A stretch of DNA of 64,000 bases from Paraspadella gotoi (GCA_051294375.1 CM119263.1:6296932-6360931), one strand, 5' to 3'. Numbered from the stretch's first letter, positions 27,520 to 39,733 are shown. Program-made: numbers and translations. Notes: generated by a model from the sequence alone, not told the origin.

Positions 27520-30500
27520 ATGCATGTTAGAAAATTTTATGTAAGTAGTTGCAGTATTAAAAAGATGCAATATATGATTTAAAATTAATTTATTTTTAAA
27601 TTTAGGGCAATTTTCTTTCACTCCTTGGATTAATGATGCTTTTTTGCCGCGTTAAAAATAATAAAGATAAAACAGGTAAGAAATGATAATTTCATGTTCT
27701 CGTTTTATGGCAAGATCCTTCTGATTTATATATTTTTCAAGTACTTTGAATTTAACCTTATGTTATGGTTTCCAATTATTTTATTAAACGATGATCTAGA
27801 CCTGGACCGAGACGATTTGGAAAAGGCATGTGAAAATGGCGACGTCTCTGGCGTCACAAAATTATTATCGTATTACGGTGCCGACGCCGTCTTTGACACT
27901 AAGATCTACATCCCTGTCTTCGAAAAAGTAAGCAGAGTCGCTGTCGTTGGGTACTCGGAGACCTAAGGTACTGTCTCCATGAGTGTCAACCGCCCACAAG
28001 AAGGGCAATAGGGTTAAGAAAAAGGAGAAAACTGTCAGAAAGTCACGAAAAATGCTTACTTTACGAATGTACATAATGAGCTTTAACAATAGATTTTCAT
28101 TATCTACAGAAATAGAGCAACATTTCAGACCCACTAGTAAATAATTTTTATATCGGAATAATACAAAATATGTAAATAAACTAGAATTGCTAAAATTACA
28201 TTTTTTTTTCTTTTTAGCTATATTTGAATTTGTTCATTGTAATAGACCATCATCATGCTATTGAGCAAAGATTTTCAAAAAGATTTTCAAAAAGATTTTC
28301 AAAAAGAGCAATCTTTTGCCAATATGCATGATAAATTTGGTTACTTATTATGCAAAATGAATATGCTTAATTAATTTTTAATAATTGATGAAAATATCAG
28401 ATTAAAGGCATTCAATTTTGGAACAATCTGATATTTTTCGTTTTTAGATATCATCAACGGAATGGACCTATAAACGGACTTGGTTGGCCTAGTGATGTGA
28501 TTGCTCGTCTTCTTCACGAATCATCAGAATGCCGACGAATCACAGACCTTACTTCAACCTTAGAATGACCAATGACCGACAGAGGAACCGACGGAGGGAT
28601 TGATGGTCAAAATTGCTAAGAGAACTCTAGGCATTCACCTCTACACAGGAACTCAAGAAAGAACTCTTCTTCAAATAATTATTGAACCATTTAATATTGT
28701 CATCACCTTTGTCTTAACCTTTGTTATCGTGTCATCGTTACCTATGTCATCACCCTAATCATTGTCCGTCATTAATAAACTATTGTCAACCAAATACTTT
28801 GCCACTTATTATTTACCCTCGTTATTTGACTAAACGTCAACGATATCTTTATTTTTGTTGCAAAACTAAAATTCTGAATGACGATTGATCAAGACGATAT
28901 TTTTTCCAAAATCTTTAAAGAAATAAAGCCTTGCTCAAATAAATTACTTTTTTAATAACATTGATTAACATATTTTAGCTGTCAGTGGTATTTTTATATT
29001 TAAATTAACTTAAATTTTATTTCATTTTAGAGAGGATAAAAAATCCTATCTGACATTGTAGAGTTTGAAAATACTTTTTTATGAAAATATCTTTTGGAAA
29101 TAAATATCTAAAATAAAAATAAACATACTTTTGACTATTAAACAAGTTTTCAAAATATCAAATTTTGGCTATTTTTACATTTTCGCACACCCGATAACGA
29201 AACTTTCAAGCAAAAATGGGGTAAAATTCTCAAAGACCTAGGGGTCCATAATTGTTTTTATAGTAACTCGGACATAATGAACACCCAGAATCCCCAGTAC
29301 AGTAACGATTCTCTATATACTCCATAGTATGACCCCCCCATTACCTCATATTTGTTTTCGCTTTAATTTTAAAAAAAATTGGAAAATTGCAATGATTAAG
29401 TTTCAAATTTGACCTCTTCTAAAAAAAACAGTCACTAAATAAAGAAGACTCATTACAAATATCATACAAAATGCCATATTTTACCGTTTCATAGAAACAC
29501 TGTCACGAAATGTTACAAACGAGAAAACTGATACTCTACTTAGGTAAACGCGTGGACGACCTGTCTTCCTCTCGCGTTGCTCAACTCGAGGCTTGAGCTC
29601 GCAGAAGATCTTGTCCGTGCGGGAGCTGACGTTGAAGCGAAGGACTATTTCGGTGAAACGCCTCTTTATGACGCCGTAAGGTCGAAAAACGTCAGCGTCA
29701 TACAATTTTTGCTCTGCCACGGGGTCGAGACGTCTCCCAAAAACCGCTATGGGGAAACTCCATTGCATATCGCGGCCTCTGAGAATTCGGCAGTTGCCAT
29801 CGACTTGCTGCTGGAAGCGGGCGCCGACATTGACGCGGTCGACGAAGATGGCAATACGCCTGTTGCGGAGGCGATCCGCTTGCTCGAATCGTCGGTTGTG
29901 AGGGAACTCGTCAAGCAGGGCGCCGACGTCTCGGGACTCAAATTGGAAGACCGAGCGACGAGGATAGCGGTAGAAGAAGGAAAGGCACTCAGAAAAAAAA
30001 TAATAGGTTGTTTATTTTTAGAATTTATTGAAGAGATTTTCAAGTTGACCCTTTAAATTTGTTTAACCTTTGGCGCCATTCAGAAACGTGCGAACGGAAT
30101 CGTTATGAAGGTTTATCGGATAAATGGAAAAGCGTCGGATTTCAATGCGAAATGGCAAATGTGTCAATTTGCGATCGAGGTAAAAAGTATATAAAAGTAA
30201 TTGTTTTTAAAGTTTAAAAATGGTGAAACATTTACTCGCCCCAGCACAGCCACTAAGATTTTTTTTTTAGTTAATCGAGAAATTATATCTTTTTTTCACT
30301 ATCAGCCGCGAGTTTAACCGTGAAATTCAACGCAACTGAGTTAGAACAAGCTTGTCGACATGGCAACAAAACTGCTCTTTTTTCGATTATGGCATTAGAA
30401 AATGACGCACAAAACTACAGCTTTGAGAACGGTTGGCGTTGCCTCCACATAGCCGCCGCCAACAATGATACGGTGACCGTTGAAACTCTGCTGTTGCTCG

Positions 30501-33500
30501 GCGTCGACCCGAATCAGCGCCGCATCGAGAAAGCGACGGCGTTGCACGACGCATCTCGACATGGTCACTCGGGCGTCATCGTCGCGTTGCTTGTTGCGGG
30601 TGCAGATGTTGACCCGATCGACTATTACGGACGGACCCCGCTGAGGATCGCCATAGTTAAACGGCAGACAGCGGCCGTGGAAATACTCGCCAAATTTGGG
30701 GCGTCCTTAAAAAAAGCGAACCAATCGGATTTTGAAAATGATCTTTTCTTAGAAGCTTTAGATGATCCCATGGTTTGGAAATCGATAAAAGCTGGTGAAG
30801 TTGAAAATTTAGTACTGATATCGTTCTCGTATATTAATAGTAGGATAGATTATTTTTACAGAAGTGGATCCTTGTTTTTGTTCTCCTTGCAAAAATGGTG
30901 CTATCTGTACTAATTACAAAAACGAGGTCGTTTGCTCTTGCAAATTAGGTTGGAAGGGAAACTTTTGTTCTGAAAAAGGTAAACGAAATTAAAAAAAAAT
31001 TAAGTACAAAATTATTAAAAACTTTTTAAAATTACTTAATACTTAATGAATTTTACTTTATTGGTCAAGAACTTAATGATTGCGATGCAAATCCCTGCCA
31101 AAATGGGGGCACGTGCATAGATGGAATTGGTACCTTCACTTGCCAATGTTATAACAACTATTTAGGAGAAACATGTAATGAAAAAGGTACAGTTCAGAAA
31201 TAAACTATTATTTTGTGGTGGTTTAAAGCTAAACTAATTATTTGTATTTTAAGTGGTAAGTGAGCCGAAGTCAAGAAAATCTCTAGAAGAACAGAAGGAA
31301 CGCTTTGAAGATGAGAAAGTCATATTATATTGCACTAAAGTGTTTCAGCATGAATTAGAGACATGCGAAACCCTTTGGAAATTTAACGATGACACAATTC
31401 TCCAAACAAGTCGTATTACCGTGATCTGCGAAAGGGACAAAACTTTTCTATTGATTGAATCAATTCAAATGAGCGATCGTGGGAAATACACCTGCGATGT
31501 CACAGATTCACATTCAAGAGTCTTCCGTCTTGTGGTAAAAAAGAAACTGCGCTTCGATTCACGCCCTTCAGATATCGTTCTCTTGCCGTCAGTGGACCAT
31601 AAGTTACATTGTGGTGTTTCTGGCGACGAACAAAACTTTACCATCGAATGGTTTTTGGGAAATATGTTGATGGACAAGAAAACCATTCAATCAGTCTCCA
31701 ACGCTGCACTGAATTTGCGTATTACAAACTCAAGTGCTAAGTCTAACGCCGGACGCTACATGTGTCAAGTTAGCTCCCTCTCAAGCGGCCAGACGATAAG
31801 CGCGGTTGCTTGGGTTCGAGTAACTGCCGATATCTGCGCTTCTTCACCCTGCAAGTATCTCGGCACTTGCACCAACCTCAAGCGGGGAAAGGTCGCGGCG
31901 TTTCAATGCTCTTGCCTGAGTGGGTTCACTGGCAGCGACTGCTCAGGACTGGACAGATGGAACAATCCTAAAATGGGAATCCAAGATCTTATCGCTCACA
32001 CGCCCTTTTACCAAGCCTTGCGGTTTGACAACCGTCGCAAAGACATGCATCGTGTAATTCTGGGATGTTTCTTCAGCGACAAGGCATCAAATTACCAATG
32101 GTGGAGCATCTCCCAACAAGGTCGACAAAACTTGACGCAAAACAAGACACTGGAGATGGATCTGCAGGCGCCTAATCGTTTTGCATCCACAAAAACGCCC
32201 TCGCATCATGACACAGTCTTTAACTGCACGGCGAAAATCGCCGGAGAGTTGGTCTGGGATGCAAGAAGAATCAAGTTTTATGACTTTATTCGTTGGGGAG
32301 ACATCAGCAAACATAGATTAAACAATGAAAAAAATTCAACTAACGTTTCAGTTGTCAATTGGAGACTGAATGGAGATACAATTGAGACAACCAAGTCTTT
32401 AGAATTCAACAGCTTTATTCGCGGTTACCCCGGCTCTTTGCAAACCATTTCTGCAGAGTTGGATACAATGAAGCAAAATTCGATGTGGCCAGTCGTCACT
32501 TGCGCCTACGACCAAGCACAGTTTGTACTTTTGTGTTTGTTCACTTTATTATCAAATGTATTATACATAGGTATGGTGTTTTGTGAACTTGAGAACATTT
32601 CGGTGCCAAAGTTGACATGCATGTCAAATTCTAGCCAAAAAAACAAACCTCCCTCAACTGAAATTAGTAAAAATTGGTTTAAAATTATTCAAACCAAATC
32701 AAAATCTGTTTTGAATAAATTGCAGATTGCCTTTCATGAGTTGTTCAAAAAGTCACAGAGATTTTTAACTCTAATGCAATCATTAACCCTGTTGGATCTA
32801 ATGGCAGCATTCGTATTTCTTTTGCGTAAAGATTACTGCTGGTGCTTGCTCACCTTACTGATTTTAATATTATCATGGCTAAGCAAAATTGCCCTGGCCC
32901 TTTCCGAATTTTACAATAATCCAACGGATTACAATTCATTGCTAACAAAAAAATATTTGTTAGGTCTCAATCTACTATTTAATCAAGCAGAAAGAATTAT
33001 TAAGCATAATTATCAAAAGTCATTAGAGCTGGAAAAAGACATTTCCGTACTTGCTCGTAAGAAAAAGTTAGTCAAGAATTTGTCTTGGATAAGTCTGCTG
33101 AAAAACGTGGCCACGCTTTATCTCAACGCGTACATTATCTCCAAGCTATTCGGTCTTGAGCACATGTGCCTCCCATCATACCCTCTCCTTCGCCGGTGGA
33201 CGACTCACGGCAATTGGAGTCGATCGAGCAGGTCCGAGTTTTCCCGGTTCTCGCTATCTTCCTCAACCCAAACGATTTTTGAGTCATTGACCAATGTCAA
33301 TGACCAGGGAGCCACGGCCCTGTCGAATGATCGAGAGCCATGTTCCTGCGTCACTTTCGAGGCTGACCTCGGATCTTGTTTTCCTCCGAACGATCTGGAC
33401 GCGTCTGTACTCGATTCGCGAAAAAAGTGTTTCGTGGCCGACTGCTACGATCGACCGAGCGTCGCCAGTGTCTTTTTCCCCATCTTGTCTTTCGTCAAAA

Positions 33501-34372
33501 GCGTCATCTTCATTTCTTACGGGTTCGCCACTAGATTAAGCGACGCCTATCCAACAAAATTCGTCTTAGTCTTTCGCGTATTATTCTTTTCTTGGACAAT
33601 ATGTGTCAGTTTGTTGTGCCTCCTTTACAGCTCCGACACGGTGAGAGCGAGAGTTCATTCCGAGAAGACCAACTGGATTTGGTTATTGTCCGGTTTTATT
33701 CTGGCCAAGTTGGCAACCTGCCGGTTCTCGGATCGAAACTCCCGTCTGCGGTATTGCGTAGCTTCTATGCTTTGCTCGATATTGTACATCGTTCCCATCT
33801 ATCTGCTCCACGCCTATAAGGGATGCGACGAAAATGCGAGAAACCGAATGACCATCCTCACCGCCAAGCGTGGCACCGAAGAAATGCTCACCTTTCGATC
33901 CGACCTGCATTACTGGAGTGGCGCTGTCTTGGAAATGTACGGGGATGAGTTCAGAATCGAAGAGAAGCCGGACTTGCTGCCGCGCGACAGCCTCAGCGAC
34001 CTGGAATCGTTCTTTAACATTCGCTACGACTTCAATTTCGTTATATATATGTTTCGAGCAATCGGCGTTCTCGCTTTCTGCGATTTTTGTCTCAACTCGA
34101 TAAACTTTGCAGTTTCCGTTCTTGAGCAAGTTCCTGACGACGACTTGAGGAAAACAACGAAAAATACCAACGAAAATGGAAATAATGACGAAGACCACGA
34201 AGAAAAAATAGCTGCCCCTGAGGAGTGTAATGAAGCGCGAACAATTTCGTTCGCTATCGCACCGCCTGCATTTACGTTTTTAGCAGAAGAAAACAAGCCA
34301 ATCAACTCTTCATCATGTTTAGGATACGACGAAGTCGTAGAAGTGCTGGAATCGGAAGTTTCGAAACTGTAA
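27520..34372 (+). CDS. Multidomain membrane protein, ~1539 aa: signal peptide, ankyrin repeats (2 blocks), 2 EGF, 2 Ig, EGF, Ig-like, TM, then a multi-pass domain resembling XK-related proteins
   Basis: Nine GT-AG exons with consistent phases: 27520-27540, 27606-27675, 27800-27927, 29544-30006, 30084-30179, 30306-30794, 30862-30978, 31070-31186, 31254-34372 (4620 nt, no internal stop). ANK: GETPLYDAV, GETPLHIAA, GNTPVAEAI, TALHDAS, GRTPLRIAI. EGF exons: EVDPCFCSPCKNGAIC..CSCKLGWKGNFC and NDCDANPCQNGGTCIDGIGTFTCQCYNNYLGETC. Ig: DRGKYTC, NAGRYMC. About 9 hydrophobic helices lie at 32517-34115. The domains are secure; their fusion into one transcript is inferred from splice phases. Confidence 0.8.
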
Positions 34373-35166
34373 TCTTGAATTTTAATTAATGTATATTAAA
34401 TTGTATTTTTATAGCTTATAGATATTTGTTTGGGCAAAGATTTTTGCATATTTTTTCACTACTCAGCATCCGTTATTAGTAAACGCTCAACAGTTTTGAT
34501 AAATGTTTTTTTTTAAAGTTACCAAATTACGATATCCACAATAAAATTCTCTAAAAGCGAGTCGGACCTTCTTTTCTAGCAAAAAATTGATAGCAAAACC
34601 GGAAGTTAGTTTTAACTCACCCTAAGCGTGGCGGGTGAGGTTTGTTCGTTAGCTGCCGCGTCGACGTCGAAACGCGCGGCGTCGCTTGTGATTTACTCGC
34701 GAGGTAAGTATAAATGGGTAAGGAAGCGCCGCTTTTGGTGGCGTCATTGAATCAGGTAACGACAAAAAAATTTGTCTGTGGAACGAAAGGCTCCTGCTGT
34801 CGCTGCCGCCGCTGCCGCCGCTGCCGATCATCGAAGGCCGATGCTTCGCATGCGAACTTACTCAACACAAAACTGCTTCAGTAGCTTACTCGTCCTCTTC
34901 CTGCTCTTTCTCCTCTTCCTCTTTCTTTTCTTTTGAGAACCTTCTTTTTTCCAGTTTAAATAAAAAGAAGGGAAGTAACCAATTTAATTCATAAGCTGGA
35001 TAATCATGATTGAGCAGAATTAGATAACGTTTGTGCATCGTACATATTTGTATTTATATTCATTGTTCAAACTTCAAAGACGAAAAAAAAAATACATTTC
35101 TGCATTCGCAAAAAAACAAGCGACATGCGATCCCATAAAGTTTCGTGTTTGTCTGTTTCCATCTAG

Positions 35167-35199
<33 letters not shown>

Positions 35200-35808
35200 T
35201 TTTCTCTCCTTCTGTCATTATTCATTCAGTATTATTTAGCAACTTAATGAGCTCCCTGAATATTCTTTCTGGAGACGCGAGTAAGGTAAAAAACATATAT
35301 TAGATTTTGAATAAAAGTAGTAAAGTAAAAGTAGTAAAAATGAAATATTAAAATTTCTAAAACTTGATCAAGGACTCTCGATTGAAAAAATCATAAACTG
35401 GAAAATTGGAGTGGTTAAGTTTGGCGGGAATTCTGGAAACTCGACCAGCTACCAAAGATTCTTGCAACGTCGAAAACCGGTTCTCGGTTTCCTCCTTCAA
35501 CCTATGATCACGTGATCTTTCTTTGTCCTTTGTTTTTATTGAGCTGCAAACTCGACTCTAGGGCGATGCGATTGCGAGTGTGACTATCGCTCTGTTATCG
35601 ACCAATAAGTTAGCGATTTTTTTTAAATCAGAAAAACGAACAATAATTAGTTGGAAATAAGTCAGTCAATAAAAAATTGTGACATTCGCCGATTTTGCGG
35701 TCGGTTTTTATATTCGTTTCTTTTGACATTGGTAAGGGTAGAAAAACTTTTTATTACAAATCTCTAATCACCCCTAATCCCTAACCAACCTTAACCCAAT
35801 TGCTAACC

Positions 35809-35833
35809 NNNNNNNNNNNNNNNNNNNNNNNNN
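35809..35833. other. Assembly gap (25 N)
   Basis: N run just before the 3.6-kb duplication. Confidence 0.99.
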
Positions 35834-35944
35834 CCGTTAAAAAATGATTGAGTTGTAAAGTTGTTGTTTTTGTGGTTATTGTTGTTGTTGTTAAAGCCGC
35901 TAAAGTTTTTTCTTTTCTTTCCTTTCCCGTACGAGTTTTATTAA

Positions 35945-36137
35945 GAAACATAAATTTCGGACATGTTTCGGCTTCAATGTAAACCTTCAGCGAATTGATT
36001 TGTGAAACAAATATTTTCACAGACTTTGAAGTTTGAAGAGAGAGAGAGTCTGTTAAAATATTTGTTTCACAAATCAATTCGTTTTTGCGCTGATGAAGGC
36101 TTACATTGAAGCTGAAACATGTCCGAATTTATGTTTC
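35945..36137. mobile_element. MITE-like foldback element flanked by TTAA
   Basis: ~80-bp imperfect inverted arms (GAAACATAAATTTCGGACATGTTTCGGCTTCAATGTAA ... TTACATTGAAGCTGAAACATGTCCGAATTTATGTTTC); TTAA at 35941-35944 and 36138-36141. Confidence 0.65.
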
Positions 36138-37264
36138 TTAACTAACAATTCATTTTCTACCTCAAACATAAAATAAATTTTAAAAAATTATTATTTATTA
36201 TAAAATTCTAAAATTTGGATTACTGAACAAAAAAAATGTATATTATTGCGCAAACTAAGACTCGACGCTAGAGGGAAAACAAAATTAAATGCATTAACAA
36301 ACCACCGACCGGTGGTACCTAAGATTGTCGGACGTCGAATAGTAATTTTTATTAAGCACAAAGAGAAGAATACAAATATCGATTATTGGCAGTAAGGCGA
36401 CGGTCATTCAGCCTTTTATATTTCTCATGGAAAAGATCGAAAGAAATGTTTTAAAAAATGGATCAATAATTATTTCCGAGTTGAATATATACCAACGTTA
36501 CAATAATTTTAATATGCCCTTATTATTAAAGCTCTAGCTAAAACATGAATTTGACATTCCGATAAAGAAAGTAAAAATAACTTTGAAAAACTTTTTAACT
36601 TCTCGTAAGAATTTCATTTTAAAAGTTGGTGAAATTTCAAAAGTCGTCACGCTTTGCCAAAATCCCTCACAGCTGCTTTCCTCTGAAATTCTTCACACAC
36701 AAACGATTATCCGCTTAATCCCTCCTTGTTTTTCTCTTTCCCTCTCTCTTCAATTTTTTTTCCTGTGTATCTCTAAAAGCTTCAGCCAGTGGGAGAGCAG
36801 GCACCCCTTCTCTTTTTTTTTTGGTTCAATATTCAATCCGATGTTGAAGTTTCCAAGAACCAACTTCTCTTCCTCCTTTGTTCCTGCGATGCTCGATTGT
36901 TTAGTTGCCAACTTCTGTTCTTGTATAATCTTGTTTATAAACAGTAGGTAGCGCGACGAGTCTTCCGAAGTATTTCTTTTCAGTCTTTCTTAAAGTTAAA
37001 CAAATGATAAAGTTTAGGGTCTATGATATCCTACCAATAGTACGTACCAGTACGTACGAATGAGCCATCGCAAGCTATGACTACACCGTTAACACTTTTT
37101 TTTTTAAAATAATTTTAAAAAAACAAATTACTCAGTAAATCAAGTCTTTTTTTTTCTCAATTTTTTATTTCACATTATTTCAATTTTTAGTTCATCGGGT
37201 CCCGTTACTCGCCAGTAACTCCACTCCACTCCACTCCTTCCAACTCACTCCACATCCTCCTCCT

Positions 37265-39343
37265 TCACAACCTCCTATTATCCTCCGTCGCATCGTCGAA
37301 AGAGTCCCTGTCCTCCTCATCGCCTCCTCCTCCTCCGCCGTTCGGCGGTGGCCGAGTCGAAATCCTTGAAGCGCAAATATCCGTTGATGACGATGGCGTG
37401 GTGATGAAGAAGCAAGTCGCCCACCTCGAACTGGCATCCGTCGTTGATGGCGAGGGGCACGCCCACGTCGCCGATGAGAGAGAGTTGGGGATCAGCTCCA
37501 CTGGAAGGGCGGGATTCGAGACGGAGTTGACGTCGGCACTCGTTAACGGAGCGTCACAAACCTCTTTCTTACCTATGAGCATATTCTCCACGATTTCCAA
37601 AATTGTGGTCCACGTCGTCCCGTTTGATTCTTCGATTTCGTCAAAAAACTCTCCGTTCGGTTCTCCATCGCCTGACGGTCAAAACGAATTTATTATTATT
37701 GATTTAATTACTAAAAATAAAAAAATAAAAAAAGCTGACTTTCGTTAAAATTTAGCATATAAAATGAAATAAAAACCCATAAAATACTTTGATAAATTAA
37801 TTTCTTAATTTTATACAATAGTAGGCCCAGTGAGCTATATTTATTATATAGTAATAAGTATTTAATAGGCTAAAATTTCAAAAATACAAATTTTTAAATT
37901 TTAAGATTGTATTTGGATTCCTGCAAAAAGTTGATAAAAGAAAGTATAATTCTTTTAAAAAAAAATATTTTATTAAGTTGGTCAAAAATGTTAGAAAACT
38001 ATATTTAAGACGCCGATTTTCAATTTCTATCTTAAAAATATAGTTTTTTGTAATTTTAACCTACTTAATAACATAATTTTTGAAAAAGATTTCTATTTTC
38101 TTATCAACTTTTAATGAGGAATCTGAATCTGTTCTCAGAATTAAAAAAAAACATTTTTATAAAATTTTGACATTATATAAAGGGTATTACTATTACTAAG
38201 CTGACATGGCTACTATATTTATAAAAAAAAAATAACTATAGATTAGTATTCACTAATATGAAGTTTCTCTTCACCCTAGTGACCAGTGACCACCTTCCGA
38301 CTAAAACGAGCAGAAAGCGTCGCAAATTCTTAAGAGCGAATTCGAACTTCACTTCCATCCCACCTTCCGCCAACCATTTCCACCCAATCACATCAAATCC
38401 TCGCCACATTCTCCTTTATTTTCCCCCAAATTCCACCGACCACCTCAATTGGCCCCCCCACCACCCCATTACCCCCTCCCCCCGCCTCCCCCCGCTTTAC
38501 TTCGAACTCGGACGCGATGGATTTTTTCTCGAAAGAAAATCTGACGACGAAATCTTGTGCGAACTTCGGTTCCATGTGAAAAAGGATGTCGTGTCGCGAC
38601 TTGTGAAAGAGGCTCCAGCGTCGCAGAGACTCTTCGCGGATCTGTTTGAAAGGCGGATTGACGGGCTGCTTGACGTTGGAGGCGCTGTGGCTAAGGATTT
38701 AACCGAGGCATGTCGATCTTCCACGTCCGCCGCCACCGTCACGAATCCTGAAGAAGGTATTGGGGTAGTTGGGGAGTTTGGAATGTCGGAAGGGGTCGAA
38801 TGAAAACTTTCTAAAGCAAACAAAAAACGTCCTCAGTTCACTTCTTTTTTTAATCTCGTTTCATTTCTGCTGTTGGGGAAAATTTTTTTTGTGGATTCGT
38901 CAAAAGACTCAATTCGAATAAACTCGAAACTGAAATGTTCAATCTTTCTTCTTCATATTCTTCGTCCCCTTATACTCGATATTCATGCCTCATTGCAATT
39001 TCGTCAAACGCCATCTCATCCAACTCCATTCGTCTAACTTTTTCAAATCCTACATCCATCTTTTCCGACTCCAGCCCAGCCAAGCCCCCCCATCCCTTTC
39101 CTCCTTCCCCTTTCAACTTCCACCCTCCAACCGCTGAGCTTCATGACGATTCCATCCGGCGAGATGAAGATATGCGGTCGCTCCTTCAGCGCCGCCTCCA
39201 CAAAGATGTTATGCGGCGCCACTCGAGTGAAGGTCAGGATGTAGCGCTGCAGATTGGGCAGCGCCGCCCAGTCGGACTCGCAAAGTCGGCCAGGCGCAGT
39301 TTGTGAATCCAGAAGGGGATCGTGTTCAGGGTAAACTCGCTGA
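37265..39343 (-). pseudogene. Duplicated 3' exons of the BPI-like gene within the tandem duplication (frameshifted; possibly an assembly artefact)
   Basis: Near-identical to 40876-42943 but with different 1-3 bp indels; it has no 5' exons of its own. Confidence 0.55.
37905..38130. mobile_element. Foldback/MITE family member related to 22425-22660 (duplicated at ~41505-41735)
   Basis: Shares AAAAAGTTGATAAAAGAAAGTATAAT and ATTAAGTTGGTCAAAAATGTTA, plus the inverted arm TTTTCTTATCAACTTTT..GGAATCTGAATCT. Confidence 0.55.
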
Positions 39344-39539
39344 AAAATGAATTCGAATTGAGTGATAATTCTTAATTAATGTAGTTTTGTGGTTTTGTTT
39401 GAGAGTTTAACGTTTACAGTCACGAAGTATATTAATAACAATATGTAACACTTGTTCAAAAAATTGTGGTTATTGTTGTTGTTGTTAAAGCCGCTAAAGT
39501 TTTTTTCTTTTCTTTCCTTTCCCGTACGAGTTTTATTAA

Positions 39540-39733
39540 GAAACATAAATTTCGGACATGTTTCGCTTCAATGTAAACCTTCAGCGAATTGATTTGTGAA
39601 ACAAATATTTTCACAGACTTTGAAGTTTGAAGAGAGAGAGAGTCTGTTAAAATATTTGTTTCACAAATCAATTCGTTTTTGCGCTGATGAAGGCTTACAT
39701 TTGAAGCTGAAACATGTCCGAAATTTATGTTTC
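39540..39733. mobile_element. Second copy of the TTAA-flanked foldback element (inside the tandem duplication)
   Basis: Same arms and TTAA flanks as 35945-36137. Confidence 0.6.

Noticed and set aside
28476-28515. tRNA-like GGTTGGCCTAGTGATGTGATTGCTCG
   Set aside because: A-box-like only; no T-arm/B-box or cloverleaf, at most a SINE fragment
29577-34372. Calling the ANK+EGF gene a Notch orthologue
   Set aside because: ANK precedes EGF, there are only three EGF repeats, no LNR/NOD/RAM, and Ig and multi-pass domains are present
34361-34372. C-terminal SKL as a peroxisomal targeting signal
   Set aside because: The protein has a signal peptide and many TM helices; a PDZ-binding S-x-L reading is more plausible, and neither is demonstrated
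35765-35808. CCCTAA-like repeats as telomere or interstitial telomeric sequence (also ~6760-6800, ~9490-9540)
   Set aside because: Short and degenerate, not a TTAGGG array
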